64,000 nucleotides of DNA from Bacillota bacterium (GTDB lineage Bacteria > Bacillota > Clostridia > Christensenellales > DTU072). The stretch is from positions 73,126-137,125 of the forward strand of contig WQYD01000001.1 of assembly GCA_009781445.1 (NCBI GenBank). Direction: 5' to 3'. The notes under the pieces are model-generated. The model was not told the DNA's origin and did no database searches. It saw only the letters and a list, made by a program, of their open reading frames with translations. Numbering within the stretch: the first letter of the stretch is position 1; the number at the start of each line of letters is the position of its first letter. Shown piece by piece: positions 18,634-30,600 of the stretch. The position numbers and the translations under genes were made by a program.

Positions 18634-18682
18634 TATATAGTCGCGCGTGTGCGGAAGTTAAAAACGCGCGTGCAAGGTGAGT

Positions 18683-21600
18683 ATGAGTTCAAGGTTCACA
18701 CCTAACAGTAAAAGATACATAGGCTTTTTGATAGTTCTTGCAGTGGCGGTAATTGCAATCGTTTCCGCGTTGCTTATCATGCCTGTGGTTTTGGATTATT
18801 ATAATCAGCAAATTCCCGGATATGACGCAAATGCCATTGATCCTAACCGCAAGGATATTGAAGCGATAGTTCTTTTAAATAACGGGCGCATAGGCGTTTT
18901 GGCGGATTTATCCCAAGTTAAAGTTGAAATTCATTATAGCAACGGCGAAGTTGAAACAAGAAGTTTAACCGATTTAACGGTTATGGGGCTAAACACAAGC
19001 AAGCCGGGGGAAATTGACAATGTGGTTCTTAGCTTCGGCGGATTCACGCAAACCGTCCCTGTGGTTATCACCCCTGTAACCCTAAGGTTAACTTATGTCC
19101 CCGCAGGCCCAGGGGGAAGGGTGGAAGGCCCTGCCGTGCAAGATGTGCAATCAGGCGAAAACGCGCTTACCGTGCGCGCCGTGCCAGACGAAGGATACGA
19201 ATTTTCCCACTGGTCAGACGGAAGAAGAACCGCCACAAGAACGGATTTCGGGGTTTCTAAATCCGAGGACTTTACGGCTACATTTGTTAAAAAACGCTAT
19301 CTTGTAATTTTTAGATACCCAGACGGCACAAGCCCGAGGGAACAATGGGTTTTCCACGGCGATCCTGCCACCATGATTCCCGATATCGGCAGGCGCGAAA
19401 TGCAACTTTACGGGCATAGGTTTACGCATTGGAATGTAAGCAATGAAGAAATCAATTCCGTTACGCGGGATTTAATTATTATCCCAAGCTATGAAAGATA
19501 CGCAACTAATGTAAGCCTTCAAATTACAGAAGGCATTGAGGGGCTTCCTCTTGCCACAGGCGAAATTATGCCGTTTTACCCAAAAGGGGTTGAGGCGGAT
19601 TTAAGGCTTTTGCCTAACCCTTACAGAACTTTTGCAGGGTGGGAAGTTAAGGACGCGAATAATGAATGGATTTCGTTACCCATGCAAACACAGAACTTCG
19701 GCGTTGTGGTTTCTTCGGTTACCGCAGGGGGCGAACATAGCAGGCTTGCGCTTTCATTCAGAACAATAATTCATTCTAACGGGCAGTATTCAGTGATGTT
19801 CACCACCCCTGGAAAGCAGTTCGGCAGTAGCGAACCCGAACCCGAAATGTACATTGAAAGCCTTGAACTTCGTGCAAATTTAATTTACGACACAAGCGAA
19901 CTTGTTTTCACAAGCAACAATTTACCTATCCACACAAACATAATTTCGGCAGGTGTTCCGCTTATCCGCCTCTTTAGCCAAACTATAGTGGCAGATCCTT
20001 TGGTTATTTTTGACGCAATTAAACCTAACCCCGTGGAAGGCTTTGAATTTAAAGGTTGGTTTATGGCAGGTTCGGAAGCGGACGCAAGCGGAAACCCAAG
20101 GCTTATCACAAATGCCACCACATTTATCCGCCCCACAGAACTTATTGCGCATTTTGAAAAATTAAGATACAATCTTACTTTCCTAAACGAAAACAGCGAA
20201 GTTATCCGCACCGTGGAATTTAGGTATGACGATGTTCTTTCCGCGGAAGGCACATTCCCCAATTTCACCCCCGCAAAGGAAAACCATGTGTTCATAGGTT
20301 GGTTCGTGGTAGGCACGAACATTGTGGTTAATAAGGAATATAGGATTCACAGCAATATCACGGCTTATCCGCGCTTTGTGGTGGATAGAAGAGATTTAAC
20401 GGTGCAGATTAACGGCAGGGGAACAGCTTCCTTAAGTGAGGACGGCGGTGCGTTTGCTTCCGTTATCGGAATCCGCGCGCTTGATGTTACCAAACCTTAT
20501 TTATTGAGGGCAACCGCAGACGGCGGATTTGTAATCGCTTATTACATTATTGAAAGTTCAGACGGCGTCCGCCGTGTTGATATAGGCGCAACACAGCATG
20601 AAATTGCTTTGCCCGAAACAGGCGAAATCATTCTTTCGGATTACAAAATTACGCTGTTCTTCCGTTCGGCAGAACACAAGCTAATTATCTTTAACGGTTC
20701 TACACCTGCCGATTCAGGGCTTATTGAATGGCAGATTTCCGAAAACAACACAGGGCATAGCGAAAATGTGAATGTGGAAATAACCGTGCAAGATTCCGCT
20801 TCACGAAACATTTGGATTTCCGCTAAAACAGGATATTTTATAAGAAGCATTACCGTGGGCGGTGTGCCTGTAAGCAACCTGCCCCAACGCGCACCGCGGT
20901 TTACCCTTGTAATGGAAATGATTACAGGCGAAGTGGTTATAAATGTTACTTACGAATTGATTGAATTCTTTTCCTTTATAGAACAGCCCGCAATGATAGG
21001 CGGTAGGCACGGCGGTACGATTACTGAGAACACCTTAAACCCCTATAATGTAAACAAAAACCCGATTTTCACAATTGTTGCAAACGAAGGCTTTTTCATT
21101 AAGCACATATTTATTAACGGCATAAATGTAAACTTGTTTTCACCTGCCTCTCAAACCAATCTTTCCAATATATTTATTAAGGGCGAACAAGTGGAACTTT
21201 CCACGCTGTTTGCAGGGGCAGACGAAAGGATAACAAGCCTGAGGCTTGAAGCACTTAATTTGGTGGCAAACTTTAGGATTACGGCGGAATTTGCCGAAAT
21301 TTACTATTTTGTTAATGTGGAAACAGTGGGCGTTGGTTCATTTTCACAAACAAGTGCGGTGGCAGGATTCGGGCAAAGCGTGTTTATCACCGCTTACACT
21401 ACAGACGATTTTTATGTGCATTCCTATAAAATCGCGGAAGAATTTGAGGTTGTGCTGGACTTCATGTCTGCAACCGAAACAATTTCTGTGAACGGAATCA
21501 CAAACGATATTACCGTTAGGGTTGAATTTAGATTGCGCCAATTTAGCGTAAATTTTGAAAGAGCGCCTAACTCATTTGTTTCGCACGGCGGTGGCGGACG

Positions 21601-24600
21601 CATTTCCTTGGGTTCAGACGGTATTTCTTACACATTTTCCCCCGGTCAAAATGTGCTTTTAACCGTGTACGCACTCACAGGCTTTTACATATCTTCAATA
21701 GAAATTGCAGAACTTGGCGCGCCAAGCGGAAGGCTTGAATTTGTGCTTCATAATTCCACAGAACACACGCTTACGATTAACAATCTAAGAAAAAGCTACA
21801 CCGTAAGGGTTACCGCTTCCCCTCTTAACTTTGAGGTTAAATTGGGCTTCTCAGGTTCAGTAAACGCAGTTTCGGGCGATATTCCCAAAACGGTGCTTTA
21901 CGGCACGGAATGGGAAGTGGTATTCTTGCTTGAAGCAAACAGGCGCATTCTTGCCGAAAGCGTGGAAGTGCGCAACTTTAACAATCAGCTATTACCCACA
22001 ACCACTATTCCCGAAATTTTGGGTAGCATTTTAACCACCGTGTCCATTACCCCTGCGGGTGGCGGTTTAAGGCAATTCAGGGTAACGGTGGATAGGATTA
22101 CCGAAGATGTGGAAATCTTTATACCTATAGGTTACGAAGAACCGATTGGGGACGATATGATTTTAACCATGGGCGCAAAGTTCGGCAGTATTAGAGTGGC
22201 GTACACAAATCCAGACGGTTCAATCCTAAACTATTTCGGTTCAACTTCGCCCTCAAGCGGTAACGAAGAAACAGGTAGCGGAACGGTTACCATGGGTAGC
22301 AGAATCACATTTTACTTTTCGCCCCAAGATATTAACCTTTTTTCGCTTAAATATTTCACCGTAAACGGTGTGCGCGTTCAGCCCGATCACCACACTTACA
22401 CCATTGAAAATGTGAGATCGTCAATCCATGTTTATGTCGTGTTTGAACAGGATTTATTCATTATAGGAATAACCTCTTTAGGCAGAGGGGTGGTAAGCGC
22501 GAATAAGGACGCATTTGAACAGAACGATGCGAATCTTGAATTAAGAATCGCCCCCGGGGCAGGGCAAAGGCTTGTTTCCCTTTTTATTAACGATATCAAT
22601 TATGATTCCATTGTGGAAAGCACCAACCAAGGCGTTATCACTCACAGGTTGCCTTCGGTGATTCTTGTGGCAAACATTTCCGTGCATGCAGTGTTTGAAC
22701 CTATCACCTTGAGTTTCCTAATTACTCTTGTTCACCCTCAGGATATTATTGCAGGGGGAATCCCCCACCCTGATTATACTTCGGGGGTGCTGTCCCAAAG
22801 GGCGTACGGGGACGGCTACCGCATTCCGCTTGAAGCTATAGACGGCTACCACATTGAAAGCATAATTGTGGACGGAAGAAGCGTTGATTCAAGGATGCTG
22901 GATCAGTTCGTAATGGACGGAAGAACTTATAGAATCACTTACGGCATACTTTCGGGCATTGTGTACGAAAACACAAATATCGTGGTAACATTTGCGCCCA
23001 ACAGATATTCCGTTAGCCTTATTCAAACGCAGGGCGGAAGAACGCAAGTTGCCTTAGAGGACGGCGCGCCCACAAGCAATTCAGATTTGCAGGTTCTTGC
23101 AAACGGCAGGTTGCTTTTAATGATGCAAGCAAATTTAGGGTGGCACATAAGCAAGGTGTTTATCAATTACGGTGCGGGCGAAGTTGAACTGCCCGATTCC
23201 GAATGGAAGGCAGACGATGTTAACCCGAATAATAACGCGCTTGTAAACCGTTGGTTAAGCGGTATAGATGCAAGGATTGTTATCCGCGTGGTTTATGCCA
23301 TAAATGTGTATTCGGTATCCTATACTATCAGCAACAGTAGCCCTAACTTTAGAAACATTGATACTAACGCTTCCGATTTCGGGCTTTTTGAGATATTCGG
23401 CTTGCCAAGGTTTAGCGAAAGCAGTGATAGGCTCACAGGGGTTTATAGAAATATTAGCTACGGGCAAAATCTTCGCTTCGTGGCACGCCCAGTTATTCTA
23501 AGGGGTTACCATGTAAGCCTATTTAGAATAAACTGGATTGATCCCGAACTTGGGCATCAATCCGAAACAAGAACATTCTCTGCCACAAACCAAATGATTT
23601 ATAACGGCGTTAGGGCAGATTTAGTTATTGAAATTGAATTCACAAGAGATTTATTTGAGTTTAGCGCAGGCGCGATTCCGCAAGCGTTCGGTTCACCCTT
23701 TGCATTCAACGGTTCGGTTAGCATAGCTTTAACTAACCCTATGAACGGCGCACCTGCCGAAGCCGTGGGCGGAAAGCAAGAATTCGGCATTGCGTACAAT
23801 GTGGTGCTTAACGCAGGCACAGGCTATACTCTTAGCGCATTGTTTGTGAACGGCGCAGACAGGACTTCCACCGTAAGGCAGAACAGAGTTAGCGCGGAAA
23901 TCCGTTCTGATTTAAATTTAGAGGCGTTTTTCAGAATATCAACCTATACAATAACGCTTAACGCTAATCAGGGTGAGGACGGCGAAACAACCCTTTACTT
24001 AGATAGCACCAAAGTTCTTGAACGCGTTTACGAAAACGGCGAATGGATTATGAAGTGGGCAGGTGGCGATGCCGATCGCATTGTTACCGCTTCGGGCTTT
24101 GTGGAAAGAATAGGCAATTCCGCCACGCAGGTGCGCGCTTCGCACAATGCAAATTTAAGGTTGCAAGCAGATCCCGATTCCGCTAACGGCTACAGAACGG
24201 AAAACTTTAGCATAAACGGAATTGGCTTACAGCTAACAGATTCCCAAAGAAACCAGCGGTATCAGCATAATTTTATTGCTACTTCGGCAGTGCCGTTTAG
24301 CATTACTTACCGTATGCGCACATTTGAAGTTACCCTTGTGTACAGCCAGCAAGCACTTTCTGCGGGCATTCAAGGTGGCAGTTATTCAGTGGATTTCGGC
24401 GGTACAGTGGTAATTGAAAATGTAATAACGGAATATGGATATTACCTTTCCCCTGGGGATATAAGGGTTTCGGTTAATAACGGAATTATACTTCCAAACC
24501 TTGAATTTTTTGGCGCGTGGGCAGGGCTTGGCTTTGATATCAGGAATGTGGAAAGCGCAGTGCGCATTGAGTTTTTACACAGGCGCACGGCTTATAACAT

Positions 24601-27600
24601 TTCATTTGACGGTGATTATAAATCCGAACACTCAGTGCAGGCAGGGGCTAAAGCAAATGCAATTTCAGGCGCGGTGTTAACCTCAAGCGGTAGTACGACA
24701 GGCAGGTGGTTTACCGAAGTTTCGGCTTCACACCCGATAACTCAAAATTCCGTGTCATGGAACGGTTCGGTAATTTACGGCTCAGATATTAGCGGTTCGC
24801 ACCGCGGTGCTTGGTTCGGCGATTCGCTTAATATTTACTTAATTCCCGTAACAGGTTATGAAATTTCCTCTGTAAGCGTAATTATTAGAAACGCTTTCGG
24901 GCAGGGTGATTCGGTGGTGGTTAGTGCCACTTACGCCACAATCGGGGGCGATCAGCGCATATCTTATGACACGGCAAACCGCTACTATGTTATTCCTGTA
25001 ATCGGCGGTGTTTCGGGCAATATTGAGGTAGCAGTAACTTACCGTGTTAAAACTTACGATGTTACGGTGCTACCTATAAGCGGTGGCGAAATATCGTTCT
25101 TCGGTGATATTCAAACCAGTGATTCGGGGCAGTTGTTCATTCAGCACCACGCAAGGTTTAACATTGTGGTGCGTGCGCAGTACGGCAGGCACTTAAGTTT
25201 GCTAACCGTGAACGGTGCGCGCGTGGCAAGCGTTTATTCTATTATTGATCCAAGTTTCGTGTACGAATACCACACATTTGATTTGGCAGGATTGCTTGAA
25301 CCTTATATATCCGAAGCGTTTTTGCATGAATTATCCACGCTTACAATCCAAGCGCAATTTGGCTTTAATTCCTTTGATGTGGAATTCAGCGTGAACGGAA
25401 ACAGGGGCGGTGATTCCACATTGCAACCCTTTGTTCCCAATAGCACAATTGCGTTTAATGTGAACGGCACGCCGAACCGCGTAACGCAAACCCCGTCTGA
25501 AGGGTATAGGATTACCGCTATTTCAATCACAAACGCGCTTGGCGATATCCTTTACACCCCCTCTGCGGACGAAATTAGCGCAACCTTTATAAATCTTTTT
25601 GCCTCTGGCAAGCTGATTGATCTTTTGGATTTCCATTCGCAAACTAACAGAACGGTGTTTATAAGTTACACCACTCAAATAATCAGCTACACAAGCCACT
25701 TTGAAACATGGCTTTATAGGGAAGGCTTAGCCCCTGTTAGCACGCCTTTTGCCGATATTTTCACCCTAACGGCGGAATTTGGCGGTAATCAATCCGCTTC
25801 GGGGCTTTCTCACAATTATTTTACCCCTGTAACTTTAACTTTTGCGTTCACCAACCAAGAAGCTTACGATAATTATTATTTCGCAGGTTTCATGGAAGAA
25901 ATTGAGGGCGTTTGGGTTTATGTGAGAGGCGGACTTAACGGCATTAACTTGCCTATGGCAGACGGCACTATGCTAACTTACACGGTATCCCGCCAATTTG
26001 TGGCAAATTCTCAAAGCGGTGTGCTAACTAACAGAAAATTCCGTGCAGTTGTATTCCAAGTTTACAATGTGGATATTGAAGTTCACCCGGAATACAAGTT
26101 TGCAATGGGTAGCTTTGCTAACAATACTATAAGGTATACCCAATATTCAAATGTGGCGGTAAGGGCATCGTACAATGCGGGTTCTGCGCCAGATATAACA
26201 GACGGCTTGAACAGCGAACTCATTAACCTCATAAACAGCGATATTAACATTAACGGAAGATATTCGTACAGGGTTTTAAGCGGTGCAAGGCTTAACATTT
26301 CCGCACAAGATTCGTACACAGGTTCAAACCGAAGCGATGCCAACCCCTCACTTTATTTCGTTGAATATAAAAACGATTTAATCAGCAATTCGCAAACCCT
26401 CATTCCCAATAGGTTAGACGCAGGCACAATAGTGGGCGGTGTTAACAGGGGAATCACAGGGGATTCACTTATCCATGTGTACTTTGCTAACACAATGAAC
26501 TTTAGCTTCCGCTTGGAAAGCGTGGGCGCGGTTGCCAACCCCGGTGAGGGCGGTACGGTTAGCGTGAACGGTTCGTCTGTTTCGGCAAGCCAAAGGGTTA
26601 TGGTTAACACTGTTGCCACCATAACCGTGCAAGCAAGAGATAATTATAGGTTTGACGATATTTTATTCCACGAATTCCTGCCTAACGCAGGGGCAGACGG
26701 GTTCAGACGCCCCACAAATAACTGGATAAGCCTATCCCAAATGCCCAATTGGGAAAGATATGTGCGCTTTGAATACCATTATGAGGACGGCACTTCTTCA
26801 AGCGGGGATAAAGATCCGATTGCGAATAAGATTGTAAACAGGGTTGTAATCACCGTGTTTGCGTCTGAAAATATGGAATTCACCGTGCGTTTTTGGAAGC
26901 GCATAAGCGTTCAAAGCAGTGTCGTGCTGTTCTCAGATAATGAAGGCAACCTGCCGTGGGAAGGGAACAAGCCTCACTTTACTGAGTCCCCTGCAAACGG
27001 AAACTACGATTTTGACAGTGAAATAGCGTTCAGGCTTCCTTATTTGGAATTGGTGCAAACAAGCACATGGGATGTAAGATACCAATTTGTGGGCTACACC
27101 GTGAACGGAATTAACACATTCCGCCACCTTGGCGGTGGTTTCCCCCAACCGCAAGAGTACACGGCTTTGTTAAGGCTTACGGATCAAGGTGCGTTTGCAA
27201 TACCTATTGCCAGCTTGGACGGCAAATTTGTGGTTGATGTTAAAGCGGTTTTCGTACCTATTTTAAATATAACGCTTGAAAACAGCTATCCCAATCCTCA
27301 TTATGATTCAAATCCCCAATTTGACGCTTACTTTAACCCCGGCATGATTCAGCTTGCCGTGCCTAATTACACCATGAGTTGGCTTGGCTACCTGCCGTTA
27401 AGAAGATCGGTTTCAGCCCAAACCCAACCAGTTACCAACCTGCTTGATCGCCACAACAACACCGCGTTTAGCTTCCAAGTTCCCTCACGGATTAACAGGC
27501 TTGATCCCAATGTAACCTCTTCACTAAGCCCTTATAATATTTGGAACGATAATGTGCTAACCCTTTCATGGCTTGATGTAAACGGGCCTGAGGCAGGAAA

Positions 27601-30600
27601 GTACAGCACAATATTCTGGGAATATTATGAACCTAATCAGGACGGCACAGGCGGTGAATGGAAGCGGTTACCGGGGCTTTCCACCCGTCCGTCTTACACA
27701 ATCACCGTTTCGGAACTTCTAAAACTTTCGTACTTTAACCGTGCAAACGAAAGCGCGTTTTACGAAGAAGATTTGCCTATGTGGAATTCCGCCAATAGCT
27801 ATATCGGTGCCGGATCTTTCGCAACGCTTAGGCTTCGCGCAAGGTTTAACCGCGTGGAAAGAATAGATGTTGTGCCGTGGTCTGCTTTATCCCAATCAGG
27901 CGTATATATTGAGGGGGCAGACGGGCCTACACCTCAAATAACCGAAAACGGAAGATCGTGGGGCAATTTTGATTTCAATTCCACAATAACCGTGCGCCCT
28001 GTGCCTAACGGATTGAGATTTGACTATTGGACGGTGTTTAACCCAAGCACGCAAACCTATGAAGAAGTTACTTATGACGGGGCTATCACAGGTTCACACT
28101 TTTACCGAATTGATAGGGTAAGCAATGTGCTTACCGTGCGAATGGCGGAATCTTATCTATTTGCCCCGCGCTACACAAGGATTTATAATGCCACAATCAC
28201 GGCGCAAAACCTATCGGCAAACAGCGATAGCATCTTCCACAGAAACTATACCCCCGGAATTCTATTCTTCGGCTTTGGCAAAACAATGGAATTAAGCAAC
28301 TGGAATTTGAATGCGCCCCCTCAGCCCCAAGCGTCTGTTTCGCGCCAAATTGAGGTGGGTGATTGGGTTTGCTTTAAGCTTGATAACCCCCATTCGGAAA
28401 GCACATTCGGTTCAAAGGTTCACGGCACAATCGCAGGCACATACACAAGATTTTTAAGCGTTTACTATCTTAACGAAGCAAACCAAAGGGTAACAATTAA
28501 CCCTCATCCAAGTTATAACCACTCAGATATTTATCAACAAGTTTTTGTGGTGCAGGTTACTCAAAGAATGACTGTGTACTTTGAATTTAAATCGTTCACC
28601 TCTATTGAAATCACAAACCTATATCACGGAGACGGTTCTAACCAAAAATCCGTGCTTTTCTTGCCCGAAAGGTTGCGCACGGCAACGGGGCTTTCGGAAC
28701 AAATAAATGTGAGTGGCACATCTGTCCTTATAGAAAATGTACCTATTGAAAGGGATTCCGCGCCTTCTAACTATTCGGGAACTTTCATAAATAAGCTTAA
28801 CGGAATGTTTACCGGCTTCTCAGGATCTCAAACCATTGAATTCCGCGGAGGTTACGGATTGTTCCTTTCAGAAGTTCCTGCTTTAAGCGCAAGAACTTAC
28901 GGATTCTTTGCTTTCGGCAGTGTGTCGGAAGCAAGCGCAATTTCAAGGCGCGCCTATCCTTTCCAAGATTCACACCTTACTCAAGCAGGTATGGGAACGC
29001 CTCAAAGCCCTTTCAGAATAAGTTCCGTTAGCCATTTAGACAGCATGGAATTTATTTACACAATTAACAACCGCACCTTTTCCACCACGGGCGGTGCAAG
29101 CGGAAGAATGCACTTTATTCTAACGGCAAGCTTTACCTTAAGCCCCAGCGGAGCGTTGTTTCAATCAAGGGGCTTGTTCTGCGATTCTGTGGAGGCAGGG
29201 GGAGATGGGTTTAACGGAGTTTTCATGGGAAATAACCAAACCCTCACTTTGGGCGCAATGAGTGCTAACGCGCTAACTAACGATCGCGGGGTGGGCATAT
29301 TCGCGCGCCTTGGTGCTAACGGGCAAATAAGAGATTTGGTTATTCAGCGTTCGGCAACTAACATTTCGCTTGGCGGGAATAACAATGTGGGGCTACTTGT
29401 GGCAAGAGCGGTCGGCACAAGCGGAAATATCGCTTCAATCAGCAATATCCGCATAGGCGATACCGTGGGTATCATTCAAGGAAACGGTTCAAATGTGGGC
29501 GGGCTTGTGGGCTTCGCTGAGCATTGTACGATTACAGGTGTTCAAGTAACGAATGTAACGGTTAGAAACAGCAGTACCGCAGGCTTTGGAACAGGCGGTA
29601 TCGTAGGCACGCTTTCCACAGGCGCGAGATTGGTAGATTCATTTAAAACTATCTTAAGCACCGCACAAAATGTGGAATCGCAAGGTAGCCATGTGGGTGG
29701 CGCAGTGGGCAGAACAACGGGTACAGCGGGCGAAGCAATGCTAAGAGTTACCGTTAACTATTTCACAAGCAATAACTCAACAGGCGCAAGCATAGGCACT
29801 TTAAGTTCAAGCGTGGTGGGCGGTGTTATTGGGCTTAACGGTGTGGGCAGAACCATATCTCAAGTTTATGCCACAGGTTCGTTCACAATAAATTCACGCG
29901 CAAGCACAGGCATAACAGGTAATAGCGCACCCACTATGACACAAAATGCAGAAGGAAACCTAACTACCGTGTTCGGCGCAGGAGGCATTGCGGGCGAAAA
30001 CAGGGGAACAATAACCTATGCAGGGCTTGGCATAAGCCTTGGCTTCGGACAAACATGGAATACCTCAAACGAAGGCACAAACGGGCTTCACACCGTGAGA
30101 ATCAATTCAAATTATGCAGGCGGTATAGTGGGGGTTAACAGGGCTAACGCAAGGTTGGAATATTCTAACACAGGTAACCACCGCTTCTTCACTAACTTTG
30201 GCGGGCTAACAAGCGTAGGCGGGGCTTACGGCGCGCATGTGGCTATAAACCAAGGCACAGTTATCTACGCGCACACGGTTTCTGCTTATAATAACCAAAT
30301 AATTGAAACCACCGCGGATTCGGGTGCTTATACCACAGGCGCATTGCCGAATGACTATCTTTTCACTTTAGTAAGATCGCTTCCTATGGGCGGAAATAAC
30401 GGCACTTGGTATCCTTTCTATAATGTCGTTCCCAATAGTTCAAACAGAGGAACGCATGTGGCACACACGCAGGAAACAGGCGCAATTTACTTCGGCGGTG
30501 TGGCAGGCTTTAACTCAGGCGGGTTAGTTTCAAACAGTTCAATTAGGGGTAAGCTTCAAATCTCACGCACATCGGGTAGCAACGGCACTAATTACACATT

